DNA from: Geosiphon pyriformis uo1
Lineage: Eukaryota; Fungi; Glomeromycota
Direction of reading: 5' to 3'
Assembly: GCA_016748015.1 (NCBI GenBank)
Contig: JAAOMT010000648.1
Coordinates: 62,001 to 126,000, forward strand
DNA length: 64,000 bases
Below are positions 49,629 through 63,043 of this stretch, one piece after another (the first letter of the stretch is position 1; the number at the start of each line of letters is the position of its first letter). The translations under genes and the position numbers were made by a program. The notes below the pieces were generated by a model. The model had not been told where the DNA came from. It did not search any database and saw only the letters and a program-made list of their open reading frames with translations.

Positions 49629-52600
49629 TTAGATTTGTCTCATTTGCGACAATCCATTAGCATTTCTATTGTCTTTTTCTTTTTTATAATGTACTGTATA
49701 ATTGAATGGTGAAAGTTCTATTTTCCATCTGGCATGGCAATTGTCTGCAAATTCTTGTTTCTGAATTGAAGTCAATTCTTTGTGATCCATATATACTTCA
49801 AAATTTTGGCTTAAGTATTCTCTCCATTTGATAACAGCTTAATAGATTGCTAAATGTTTCAGTGCTGAAGTTCTATAGTTTATTTCAGCTGGACTTAAAC
49901 TTCTACTGGTGTAAACTATTGGATGCTCTCTTCTGTCAGGTCTTTTCTGTGATAGTACTGCTCCCAATGCTTGACCTAATACATCAGTAGTAATGATAAA
50001 TGGTTTGTTGTGATCTGAATACATTAATATTGGAGCTTGGATAAGCTTTTTTCTCAATGTGTCGAATGTTTCTTGTTGAGTTTTAGTCCATTTATACTTA
50101 GCATTTTTGGTTTGTAGATGGTGAAATGGCTGAGCTAGTTTAAAAAAGTTCTTGATGAAGCAGCAATAGTAGCCTGCGAATTCCAAAAATGCCTTTAGTT
50201 CTGGCAAATTGGCTGGTACTGAAAAGTTCTTAACTACTTCGATCTTGTTTGAATCTGTTTTAATTTTGTCTTTGCTCACTACATGTCCCAAAAACTTGAG
50301 TTCAGTTTTTCCAAAGAAACATTTGGTTGCATTTAGTTTCAATCCAGCTCTTCTTAATCTTTCGAATACTTGTTAGAGATAATGCAAATAATCATCAAAT
50401 GTTTTTGAGAACACATTGGTATTATTCAAGTATACAACTACCAATTTCCATAGTAATCCAGTATAGACAATTTTCATGAACTGTTGAAATGTTGCTGAAG
50501 CATTCATCAAGCCAAATAACATGACTTCAAACTCAAAATTTTTTTTTCTTGTGATGAATGCTGTTTTTTCTTTGTCAGCTGGATCCATGGCTACTTGCCA
50601 GTAACTACTATCTAAGTCCAGTGTTGAGAACCATTTATTTTCTCCAAAAGCGTCAAATAGTTCTTGGATCTTTGGAGTTAGATAGCTATCACTTTTTGTT
50701 ACTTCATTCAGTTTCCAGTAGTCTACACAAAAATGGATTTTTCTATTTTTCTTACAGACTAGTACTATTGGTGACAACCATAGATTTATTGATGGCTGAA
50801 TTAGCCTATTGTCAAACATCCAGTTGATTTCTTGACAAATGATCTCATGGCTAGCTGGTGATACTTTGTATGCTCTTTGTTTAATTGGCATTGCATTTCC
50901 AGTCTTGATCTGATGCTGGGTGATGTTGGTTCAGCCAAATTCATTTTTGCTAGCAAAAATGTCATTGAAATTGTTGAGTAATATCTTGAGTTGCATTCAT
51001 TGAAATAGATCTAGATTCCTCATGTTCATCTGTTCCAATTGTTCTGGTTGGAGCAGATAACATTCACTTTGTCTGTAGATGGTTTGTAATGTAATATCCA
51101 CATATCTGCAAAGCTATAGAAAATCTGAAATGTGATTTGGTGGTTGATCCTCAACTTTAGTGGTTAAATATCCAATAATAGTTCTCTTTAGTATTTCAAT
51201 AACACTTCCAGTTGTGTTGTAGATAAGAATTTTGATGTTTTTGAGGCTTTTGGCTGATATGTAGAGATTAGTGAATCCAATCTCTTCTGATTCGCAAATA
51301 GTGACTTTTGTTTCAAACAACTAAGCCTGATTCTTTACTTCTCTTTTTATAGGTAACATATACTGGTCATATGGTGGAATGGAAATTAATTAATGGATTG
51401 AAATAATTTCTTCTTTGTTAATAACTTTTTTCTCTGCCATATTAACTGATATGTCTATTCTACCTGTTAATTCGAATCCCTATATCCCTTTAGCAGTAAT
51501 TCTTAATTCTTCTCTGTTTCCCACTGACACTAATTGAGCTATTTTCACCAGAGGTAGGAATATTGTTTGTGCTATCTTTTTATTTGGCTCTATGATATAG
51601 ATCTTTTTAGAGTTATTTTGTAGCATAGCAATGATATTTCCTACATACCCTGTATTAATTATTTCTCCTCTGATGTTGATTCTTTTTTTTGCTAGACTAT
51701 TCCTAAATGCTAATTGAACCATGGTTGTTGCTGGGATTTCCAAAGCTATTTTGAGATCAATACATGTGCGCAAATTTGGTTCCAATTTGATGGCTTTTTT
51801 TCCCAGATATCTCAGATTAAACTCTGTGTCAGTATCATGTGTGCATTCTGGCATGATACCTTCATTATTATCACTATACCATTTGAGTTCCTGCTCCTTA
51901 GATAGATCAGGAAGCACAATATATATTTTGGGGTTTGAATCAGAGTTTGAATCACTGATATTTTCATTGCTATTTTGAACAAAGCTGGAATCATTATTTT
52001 TATCATCGTTATTGTCAGAGTTTGAATTAGAATTGAAAATTGATTCTGATTCTGATGCACAATTGCTGATTGGTTCTTTTTTCTCTGGAATCATGTAGAT
52101 TATGTATGGTGGTGGATTGTAAATAAAGTCACACTCATTACAATATTGAAAGTCACATGGAATTAAACAGTGGTCACATAGTCGAGTGTTGATTTCTTCC
52201 AAGCATTGCTCCTGCTCTTCTTTTGTAGGTGCTAGCTCTTGATAATGTTTGTGAAATTGTTTTGGATTTAGGAGATTTATGACTGGTTTTGGGTCCCAGT
52301 TGAGTTCTATAGGTTTAGGTGGGTTATTTTTAATTGTTTTTATCTTTTCTAGTGTTGCTCCTTTGATTGGTGAGTGCCATTTGCCAGATTTTGTCATTGT
52401 TGTGTAAACATCCATCTAGACATTTGATGGCTCATCTCCAAGCAGTGTCTATGGGCATTCTTTTCCTTACCCAGTCACTTATATTAACATAATTTATCAC
52501 ACATTTTTCTTCGCCCAGGAATGTTATTCCACATTTCTTTATTTAGAAGAGTTTCTCTACAAGCCAAGCATGATTCATTGTCCCATTTCCCAATCCATTT

Positions 52601-55600
52601 TGGTCTTTCAAAGCATTTAATGATGCATAGATGGCAGTAAAATTTTGTTGCTAAAATGTATTCCTCATCATTGCCACAACAAGCACCCATTAATGACAAT
52701 TTTTTGCTGCAATCGATGCATACCAGTTTTGGGTGGCAATAAGTGAATTAGTGGAGTGTAGTATAAGAATTATAAGTGGAGTTGCTGTCGGTTATTGGTT
52801 CTTCTTCTTTCCCCTTTTCTTTTCCCTTTTTGTCTTCTTTCCATTCCTAATTTATTTGTTCTTCCTGGTCATTGTCAGTTTCTCAGGCTTGGTCAGCTTT
52901 CCAGATAAATTCTTTGCTCTGCTTTCTTTTACTGTTATTGTCCCATAAAGATATTAGCAGCAGTTTATTGTGTTTGGTATCAGCCCAAAAAACTTGGTAG
53001 GCTTCCCAGATAGGTTTTTTCTCCTCTTCCTCGAATTCAATAAGTGAAGTTTTCGAATTGGTGGTCTTGAAATGGCCACATGTGGCTGGTACACATGTAT
53101 ATTAGCCGTTCTGGCTAATTTGAAGCTTCTGCATATTTCAATCAAGCAATGCGTTGGTTTTGGATAGCCAATCATTCCCAACAAGTGCTTGGTATTGGGT
53201 GGTTTCCATGACCAGTACTTTGATTGAGACCATAATACCATTAACTTTGATAGGGAAGTTATTGATTTCACCAATAGGAGTTTTTGTTGCTCTATTAGCA
53301 GTTATAATTCTGGTGCTGGCAGTACAATCAACTTAGTAACTTAATTGGTCCATGAGTTGTTTTGTAATGATGTTGTCAGCTGATCCACTGTCTAGAATCA
53401 GTTTGATGGAGTGGCTATCAACTTTGGCATTAATATACATGGTCATAATAAGTTTTTCTTCTAGAGCGGTGTTACCGGAGGTTTTTGGTCTCTTTTCTGT
53501 AATGTTGTTGATACTTATTTGCTGTGAATTCACGTTTTCTGAATGTGGTTGAACCTCCAGTAACTGAATTTATCTTCAAATTATCTCCTATAATTTGAAC
53601 TTGCTGGGCTTATGAGTGGAATGGCCAATTCCATGCCAGTTGCTTTTTGTAGTTACGTTGTAGTAAACGTCAACTCTTTCCCAGGTATTGCTCGTCTGGA
53701 AGCTTACTAAAAATGTGTAGTTACTTTGCTGTGAAAGTCAACTCTTCTACAGGAATCTCGTCTGTAGGCTACCTTAATGATTGTAATAAGAAAAGAAAGA
53801 AAAATAAAAGAAATGTAAAAGAAATAGAATTTTGTCGAGGGAAACGTTTTCTATCCAGACCTGGAGTCACTAACAGTTTACTGAAATTGGTAGCTAATCA
53901 ATTTCGAAATGTTAGTTGGGTTTTGGGGATTTTCTAAGTACAATAATTAAAGAATTTGGTTTCTCGAATTATTTGATATTTATTTCTTTTTTTTGTGTGT
54001 ATAGGAACGGTTTTAAGAGATAAATCTAAAGTAAGATACATTTTCTCGAAGAGAGAAGCTCTTCTTTTATACAACTTGTTATAACACTATTCTATGAACT
54101 TGAACTTTGCTATTTTCTACAATTTCACTGAACTAAAGATACATTTTGGCGAACTACAAGTTATTTCAGCAAACTATTAGATATTTCGGTGAACTATCAA
54201 TTATTTCTACAAATTTCTACAAATTTCGGTGAACTTCTGAATGTTACATAGTTCGGGGTGTTGTATGATTGGTCATCGCAATTAGGTTACATTTGTGTTG
54301 TGTACAATTTGGGTTATTAATTAAATGATAATTTCAGACATTTTTTGCTAATGTAATAAGTGATAATTTGAAATGATAATATATGCTAATTAATGATAGG
54401 AATTATAAGATAGTTTCATGCTAAATAATATCTCTAATTTCATCTGGTAACAGCAGTTCCACTAAATAATGGCATGGTCGACAATTCTTCGAGTTTAAAT
54501 GGGAAGATGGTGTTCAGTAATTTGTTCTCGGTAATAATAGCTGGCAGAATGTTGTTGGTAAATGTTGGTTGTTGGTTGGTCTTCAGATTATTGGGTTGGG
54601 TGTCTTTTGTGGTAACCAAGAGACTTAAATAGTTTTGGGAATTTGGGTTTTGGACATATCTGGTGCCTGAATTCCATTGTCAAGATTCTGCTGGTCATGT
54701 GGAAGAACTGGGAATCAGTTGGTGAACTACTATCAACAATCTCTAACTTTGTTGAATTAATCTTGGTCTTTGGGTTTCATTTTGAGGTAAGTTCTGTGAC
54801 AGTGTTTGAATTTGTTGGGACTGATAGATTACCTGAGGCTGTGGCTAATAAATAGGTTGTGACTGCGGCTGATAAATTGTTGGTGTCATCAGTTGATAAA
54901 TTGGCACTTGATATACTGGTGAATGATAAAGTGACTGCTGTGTCATAGATATGTAATTCTAATAATATGGCTCTGAGTTTAGTAGGTTATTCGAAATTTG
55001 AAACTGGCAATCGGGATTTCAATATTGATTTTCTGATCATTAGTTATTTAAGTGATGGCAGCAATCAATTTGTAGGTGTTCTTGTTTACCACAATAGTGG
55101 CAAACATGCATTTTTTGTTGCCACTGTTGATTGGTCGACGATAATAGACATGACTAATTCTGAAAACAATTTGTGTTTTCAGAATTATTGTGTTGTTGTG
55201 GTGGTTAATAAATTGTGCGATTGTCAGCTAAGTATCTCTTTAATTTCTGATTGATGGAATCACTAAATTGTTTCAATTTGGAATTCAATTCAGATGGTCC
55301 ATTTATTACTAGGTTAATAGCTTGGGCATGGTTAGCTTCGAGTTTAGCAGCTTCAAAATCTTGGGCATTTGTGATGGCTGCTTGCAAATCAATAGGATGC
55401 AATGGACGTACATGTTATAAGATGCTACTGTGTAATCCATGAATAAACTGATTTAGGATCTGGACTACTGTGAAATAATTGGTGTCGATGGTTTGGATCT
55501 GGTGCAAATTCTTGTGGAAGCATCCTAAGTAAGTAGTAACTGCTTCATTTTTTCTTTGTTTAATGGTAGTAAATGTGTTTGCTAGTCTATTAATGCTGTT

Positions 55601-56716
55601 ATTATTGCTGAAGTATCTTAAGAACTCAATTTTGAATGCATTAAAATTTTGGGGTTTGTTGACCAGACTTTGGTACCATAAATCAGCAGTATCCTGGAAA
55701 AAATATGGGATGGCTTGCATGGCTCTGGCATTATTTCATCTATTAGTTGCAATGGCTTTCTCTACATTATTTAGCCATACTTGGGCATCGTCCTTTTTGC
55801 CAGTGAATTTTTTGAGTTTGGCTATTGGTGCATATGCCATTGGATCTAAGTTGGGATGTGATTGCTGTTGAATTTGTTGTTGAGGTAGCAGTTATGGCTG
55901 TTGTTGCTATTAGGCATTTGGTAAAACTGGAGATAAGTGCTAATTAATTACATCGGGGTTTTGATTATTCTGATTTTCCAGAGTTTGATTAACCGGAGTT
56001 TTAATTTCTGAATGTTCTAAGATCAAGTTTTGCTTATTAACTTTCCAATCACTACTTTTTTTTTCCTCAGAGTCAGTTATTTCCCAAGAACTAACAGCTC
56101 CAAAATCTGGTTGTGGTGGTGATAATTGAATTTCTGATGGCATTGGAGATTGTAATTTAAATCTCTCGAAATAATCACCATATGTTCTTAATAACTCTGT
56201 CTTCTTTTGTTTACTTTGGAATGGGATTCTGTTTAGTGGCGTTGTCGCACTTGTTGTAGCTGTGTTTATTATATTGATAGTGCTTCTGGGTGTGTGGTAA
56301 TATGATAGATTAACAGGTGAATCAAACCTTTGTTTCTTCCAAGTGGGTAGTTGGATTTGCTTTGGTGTTCCTGCTGGTGTTTGTAGTCTTCCTTTGTCTT
56401 TGTCTGCAAAAGTAATAAGAAATCTCTGTTTGGTGTATTTTTCAATTTTCCTGTTTATTTCTGTAATTAGAAGTGCAAATAGGTAATTTTGTGGAAGGGT
56501 GGTGCTTTGGAGTAATTCACTGAAGAAGTTGTTGAAGGTGAATTCTGGATTTCTTTGGTCTCTTAAGTGATATACTATTCTTTCATTAACATAGCAATTG
56601 AAAGCTAATTCAGTTGGCCAACTATTATTTGTTAATTCAAGATGAGTGTGATAGTATTGAAATAAAGATTTTGCAAATCCTAAATAGTTTGTTCCTATTT
56701 CTTCAGATTCTGCCAC
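49629..56716 (-). pseudogene. Element B gag-pol (capsid, CCHC, PR, Cys-rich, dUTPase, RT, RNase H), decayed and split by a solo LTR
   Basis: CHYCGKQEHLQIDC; LILDSGS; GEIINTGYVG and KIAQTI (dUTPase); MLFGL, YLNN; ends NANGLSQMRQI*. Confidence 0.92.
53470..54452. mobile_element. Solo LTR of family D (983 bp) inserted just upstream of the B protease
   Basis: Termini TGTTACCGGA...TCTGGTAACA; TSD GCGG (53466-53469) / GCAG (54453-54456); removal restores FSGTALEEK (FSGAALDEK in A). Confidence 0.9.
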
Positions 56717-56760
56717 TGTTTGGATGATTATGGTTGGTGCTGTTCTCTATAGGATTATAT

Positions 56761-56776
56761 CTTATAGGGAGCACCA
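56761..56776 (-). promoter_or_regulatory. Primer-binding site of B (TGGTGCTCCCTATAAG)
   Basis: TGG lies 2 nt inside the 5' LTR boundary. Confidence 0.8.
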
Positions 56777-56778
56777 AA

Positions 56779-57659
56779 TGTTACAGATGATTATTTGGGG
56801 TCTCAAATCAAATAACAAATCCATAACTTGGTGCTCAATATCTTGACAATACTAGTAATACTGGTACATTGGTTGTATTTGAAGGTTTTAGAGTTGAGTT
56901 TTTTGTATAATAAACAAAAATTCAATGATGATGTAGTTGGTTGGTGAGTTGTATTCCCAATTTATGTCTTCAGCTTGGTGGCCAGTTTATTCTGACAGTC
57001 ATGCCCTTCTGATAAGCTATCTATTAATATATATATAATTTTACCCTTATTTCTGGGTCTTTTACCAGGCTATCCATGACATCAATTACTCAGCACTTTA
57101 ATCTTTAATCAGTTAGTATACTACAGTAAAAATCAAAGAAAGAAAAAAATAAAAAAAAATAAAAAAATGAGCCAAGGTGTGCATGTTAGTATTTCATCAA
57201 TAGCCATAATCAAGAGCTATTGTTCTAGCATGGTTAAGTATTAATTACTATCAACATAAAGTGTTGATAGTGGGGAGTAGATTTGGATAGTGAATGATTT
57301 ATTTATTTTAATATTTGTGGATAGAAGATTTCTTACTAAAAATTTTTTTTTTCTACTTCTAATATTACTACTATATATACATAATTGATGTTCTACAAGA
57401 TTGTTCACATTCCCAAGCAATGTGCTATAATTTCTTGAGCAATGCTCATATTGCTGAGTGATGTGCCCTAATTTTCTAACATTGCTCCACATTGCTGAGC
57501 AATGTGCTGTGTTTTCTGACATTGCTCCATATTGTTGAGCAATGTGTCATGATTTCTATCATTGCTCTACATTGTTGAGCAATGTGCTTACGTGCTACAT
57601 ACTATTCACTTATTGGTCTACTATTCTCTCTATATCTGTTTTTTTTTTTATGAGTAACA
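56779..57659 (-). repeat. Element B 5' LTR, TGTTAC...GTAACA
   Basis: Direct repeat of 46622-47505; canonical termini. Confidence 0.96.
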
Positions 57660-60600
57660 ACAGAGTGCTGAGAAGATTATTGATTACATTTTTGTGAGCA
57701 AGAGTTTGTTATTTGCAGTAGCCAGTCATAAAATTGTTTCTGTTTCTGATTTTTTTAACACCGATTATAATGCTGTTTTGGTTTCAGTTGGTCTGGAGGG
57801 TCTCTTAGATGCCCAGTTCAATGATGTTCATATGCAGACTAATAAGGATAAGTGGAAGTTCAAGATCAAGAATATAAATACTGATAAGTGGTCATGCTTT
57901 AGAGAATGTTTGTTAATCAAGTTCTTAGAAAATATAGATGTGTTCAATAATACAAAGAATAATAGAAATTTGGATGCTATGTAAAAAATTCTTAAGGAGG
58001 TGGTTATAAGCTCAGCTAATAATGTGTTTTTTAGACACTAGTTTAGTGAGTTTAATTGTTCAAAAAATAAGCAGTTTTCAAAGTTCTTTAAGTTAAAATT
58101 GTTGATGGCCAAGTTGGTAAAGTGTTTGAGCTCAGATCAGGAATCAAAAACTGTTTATCTCTTTAATATGTGGTCTACTATTGATAGTAAGGGGGTCTTC
58201 AAAGCATACACAATGTTTGATAATAGTAAAAGCAGAGAGAGCATTTTACAGCACTTGTTGGGAGTCAAAAAATTGTACCAAAAGTCCAAATATTATGAGT
58301 CTAAGATTACCAGAGACATTTCAATCAAAAAAGCAATAGACAAACATATGGAGAACTTTAGCTCCAACAAAGAACATATGATCAAAAGTGTTTTGAAAAG
58401 GCCATTTAGGAAGATGGTGCTAAACCATTTAATAGTGAATAATGAATTAATTTTGGAATCTAAGGAAGTAAAATCTGCTGTTGATGTTATCATAGAAAAA
58501 TAGACAAGAAAACAAATTGCTCTCAATTTTTTGCCTGTTCATTGGTCTAATCAGTATGCCCCTTTAAACTATGTTTGTGATAATGCATTTTCAGATATCA
58601 TGAAAGTGATTGAATTGGATGAGTTTCTCTTAGTGGTCAAAAAACTGTCTAATAAAAAAACTGCTGGCATTTCTGGTATTCCTAATGAGCTTTGGAAGCA
58701 TGGAGATACTTAGGTTCTGGGTGGTTTGTTGGATATTCTCAATGCATGTTTAAAATTGGGTGCAGTTTTTTTACAGTGAAAGCAAGCCTAAATTTCCATG
58801 ATACCAAAGCTGTATGATTGAGAAGATATACTTACCAATACCAGACCTATAACTTTAATTAAGACAACCAGGAAGATACTGTCTAAGGTTTTTTCTGACA
58901 GGATATCTCTGGCTTGCAGTGAGTTTAATGTCTTTTGTGGAGATAATTTCTTAGTTTTAAAAAGCATGTCTACTCAAACTCCAATTTTTACTATTGGCTC
59001 TATTGTTAAGAATGCACTTAAAAAGAACAGGAAGTTATAATTAGTACTTTAGAATATGCGAAAGGCTTACGACTTAGTTAGATGGTCCTATTTGTGGAAC
59101 AGTTTAACTAGGATCAAGATGTGCCCTCATTTTATTAAGTTTTTTAGAAGCATACACAATAATCAGACCAACCAAGTAATGATAGACTTTGGACTCACTA
59201 ATGAATATATGATTTATGATAGGTTGGATCAAGAGGAAGTTTTTTTACTATTGTTGTGGAGAATCTTTTATGATTCTCTGCTTTGTGAAATTAAAAGGCA
59301 TGAGCAATTATGTGGTTATAGATTGAATTTGAAGTTTTTCACAAAGTCCAGTAGAGCTAACCCTAAGGGTGGCAAAACTTTTTTTTTTGTGGCTGGTGCC
59401 TTTGTGGATGACACTATTTGGGTTGAAAATTGTCTGGTGGCCACACAATACATTTTGGATATTGCGAGTGAATTTTTTTTGATTAATAACATTGCTATTA
59501 ACACTGACAAAACAATTATCATTCCTATTAATCAAGAGGCCAGAAAAGTTTCACTGTTCATTAGTGGCTCTAAAATCTCCATTGTCAAAAAGGATAAATT
59601 CTACCAATACTTAAGAATTTTTTTTTTTATAAATGGCCTGTTAAAGCCAAGTTTGGCCAAAGCTCATTCAGATATCAAGTTTTTTTCAAATGTGGTTTTA
59701 AGAAAAGCCATCACTGAAAAGCAGTTTTTATATTTGGTTTTTGCTGTTCTGCAGCCCATTATTGATTATAGACTACAGTTCAGTTGTGTTTTCAAGAGTA
59801 TATGTAAGAAGTAAGACAAAATATTGAGAAAAAAATTAAAGCTCAAGGCCAATCTATCCAAGAATTTTTTGAATAAGGCTTTGTATCATCTGGAGCTATA
59901 TAGTTTGAGAACTTTTGAACAAGTACTGACTGAAAATCTATTGGCTGGCTTAGTTGTGTTCACTAATGCTGGTGGAATTCTCAGTGAATTATTTGAGCAC
60001 AGAGCCATGGAGTTGCAGGCCACTAGCTGGATGCCTTGGCACCCTCTTCAAGTTCTGATTAAGTTGCTGATTAATTTTATGAATTGTTTTTTGGCTGGTG
60101 TAACACATGCTCTCAAATTGTGCAACCTATTATTGAGTGGTGATCTGTCTGATGTTTTTCAGGTCAGGAATGATATTGCAGTCTTGGATGTACTTGGTTT
60201 TGAGTCTTATTTGGACATGGTGAAATCTCTTAAAAAATATGACATTGTGTTTGCAAACCAGCTTTTAAACAGACATGGCACATGTTTTATGTGAAACACT
60301 TTTCATAAGTAAAAAAAGCTGGACCCTAAAGACCTAGTTTCTGTCTGGTTTGTTTCTTTGATCAAATTTGTCAATAAAGGTGAATTGTTGAATGGTGTGC
60401 TATTGTCTCTTTGTTCAGTTTTTACTGATTTTCTTTGTAACTTTGGTTACATTAATAAGCATCTACTGAGTTCTGGATTGGGTTTTGTAACCATTTACAC
60501 AGATGGTTCTATTAAAAATTTTGGTTTGTTAAATGCTTGTGATAGTGCTGCCACTTATTTTCTAAATGTAAATACTAGTGTTGGAATTAAGGTAGATGGG

Positions 60601-62578
60601 CTGCTGTCTTCTATTCTAGTAGAACTGTAGACTATTGTGCTTGCTTTGGAGTGTGTGTTTGCTTCTCGATCTGTTAATTTGTTCACTAATAGCCAAGTCT
60701 CACTAGATATGTACAACTCTGGCAGTAGTATGTTTGGTTCTAACTTTCACAGCAAATGCTGGATTAAGAAGAAACATATTCATCATGTCATTTCCAAAAA
60801 GGGTTTGTCAGTTACTTGAAATAAAGTCAAAGATCATTCTGGTGTTGTTAGAAATGAATATGCCAATTTTTATGCTAATGCTACTATCACCTCTAAGTCC
60901 TTCCTGTCTTTTGTGGTTCCTTGTTGTTTTTTTAATGTTGAAGGCAGACCTGTTTTCAGAAATGCTTGTCACATTGCCAAGAAATTATTTAATGCAGTTT
61001 ACTCTGTTGGTTGGGAGGCCAAATATGTTGGTAGCATTATTAGTGTAGATCTCTGTGACTGTTTTGATAAGGCCAGAATCTTTTGTGTTTGGCATTCTAA
61101 TGGCAAGATCAAATCTGACTACATTAACACTGCATCAGTGACACTTTGGTCATATTTTATAAAGGCACTCCACTACTGCTTACCAGTGGCCAAAAAGAAA
61201 AAATTATATAATCTGAATTATCCAAGTATTGCCTGCATTCAGTGTGGTTTGGTAGAGGACTTTGATCACGTGTTTTTTTGCACTTATGATGTTAATATTT
61301 GGAAAACTTTATTGTTTAATACTACTTTGGAATGAAATATATTGCTAGAAGTTTCTGCCAATGAGAATGTGATTGCTGATTTGCTGTATGAAGCTGTTTT
61401 TTCATCAACTTGTACACAACACTGGCTAAGAGTTTTGTGTTGAAGAGTTGAGTGGTTAACACAGTAAGCTGTTTGGATGCTGATTTTGGTAGAAGTGCAT
61501 TGGTTGTTAATTTTGTTTGTTGTTTTGTTGAGAGTTACAGGTCTGCCATTTGGCTATTAATGGCTAAGTTGAGATCCTATTATGAGAAGCATAAGCTTCT
61601 GCCACATAATAGTTCTTTTGTTCTTTTAGTGTCTGGTTTGCCTTCTGTGTGATTTACTGGAACAATCTAGAATTTTGGTTTCAAGTTAGGTATCTATGTG
61701 TATTTTGGGTTGTATTTGTGTTTAACCAAGTCAGATTTTGGTTTCTTAAGTAATGTTCCTGTAATAAGATATCTAAGTGTGTAATGCTGTCTTGATTGGC
61801 CCGAGTGGCTGGTCATGTATAGAAAAGGCATAAGCCATACTTAATTTAGATTCTGTTTTTGATTCTATGTATTTAGATAGTAGTTGGACTGTATTCATAA
61901 AACTTATAATAATAATAAAAAAATTAATTATGTATTTTATTTTGTTTATTCTAAAATAATTTTTTTTTTAATTTTTAAGTATTAATATAATATGATAATT
62001 ATTAATAAACTTAATTATTCATTTAAGATTTTTTGTAATAGTTTAATTAATGTTTTTTTTATATTTATTTTATTCTTAACAAATTGTTAATCTTTTTTTT
62101 TTCTTTTTTTTATATAATAAACTTTGTATTTAAATAACAATAATATTATTTTTTATTTAGTATTTTATTATTTATTAATTTTTTTTTTGCAATAATATTT
62201 AATTTTTGTAATTAGTATAAATATCAAATTTTTTGTTAAGATATTTTTTTTATTTTATGATTACTTAATATTTTTTAATATTAAAATTTTATAGTTTTGT
62301 TTATTAAATTTAAGTTTCTGTTAATATATGTTATTAAATGTTTTTATTATTTAGTTTTTATTATAATAGTATTATTTTTAATATAATTTCAAATATATTA
62401 ATTATAATAATGAATAATTTATTATGATCTAAGTAAATTAAAATTAAAACTTTGTTTTAACTTTTTAAAAGCTTTTTATATATATATATATATTTATAAC
62501 TGGTGTTTTTTATTTGTAATTAGTAAAGTAATTAAGTAATAATTAAGAAATTTTGAATAAATTGGCAATAATATTTAG

Positions 62579-63043
62579 TGTTACAAGTGATTATTTGGGA
62601 TCTCAAAGCAAATAACAAATCTGTAACTTGGTGTTCAATTGATATAATGATGTTGGTTTCTGAAGATTTGGATTGGAGTTCTTTGTATAATAGACAGAAA
62701 TTCAATAGTATTACAGTAGTCTCCTAGAATCACAATTCCATCAAATTTTTTTCTCAGTGTGGTGGCCAATATTCTGGCAGAGATGTCCTTTTAATAAGCT
62801 ATCTTTATATTCTCAATTCTATACTTTTCTTTTAGGGTCTTTTACCAAGCTATCTTTTGACATTAATAATTTAGCACTTAATCTTTAATCAATTAATAAA
62901 AACAAAAAAAAATAACAAAAGAAAATAAAAAAAATAAAAAAAAATAAAAAAATAGGTCAAAGCAATAAATGTTAATATTTTGTTAATAGCCATGATCAAG
63001 AGTTATTGTTTCAGTATGGTTAAGTATCAATTACTATTAACAT
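62579..63043 (-). mobile_element. B-family LTR (3' or solo), interrupted by element C
   Basis: tgttacaagtgattatttgggatctcaaagcaaataacaaat... is colinear with the B LTR up to ttactattaacat; no adjacent PBS. Confidence 0.85.

Larger units (their letters stand above)
46622..57659 (-). mobile_element. Gypsy-type LTR retrotransposon B, structurally complete but decayed, carrying a D solo LTR
   Basis: LTRs 46622-47505 and 56779-57659; PBS; PPT; TSD ACGG (46618-46621) / ACAG (57660-57663). Confidence 0.96.
46055..61784 (+). pseudogene. LINE-5 ORF2 (46055-46621 and 57660-61784): APE-RT-RNase H-CCHC
   Basis: GENFN, GIPNELWKH, RKAYD, AFVDD, YTDGS, CIQC-x7-H-x3-C. Confidence 0.93.
44110..61923 (+). 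mobile_element. LINE-5: full-length non-LTR retrotransposon, interrupted in APE by Gypsy B
   Basis: 5' motif at 44111; ORF1; ORF2 resumes at 57660 in frame after TSD removal (T*SNSR-SAEKIIDY); 3' UTR; (TAA)n-A tail. Confidence 0.95.

Noticed and set aside
53333-53533. Protease ORF with a novel N-terminus
   Set aside because: Chimeric read-through from the inserted D solo LTR into the B protease.
1981-60000. Numerous antisense and alternative-frame ORFs overlapping LINE and Gypsy coding regions
   Set aside because: Shadow ORFs, not positionally conserved between copies and without motifs.
2448-61784. Frequent TGA at conserved Trp positions, suggesting TGA=Trp recoding
   Set aside because: TAG and TAA occur at the same Trp positions, and Gln/Arg codons are also stopped; G>A/C>T decay explains all of them.
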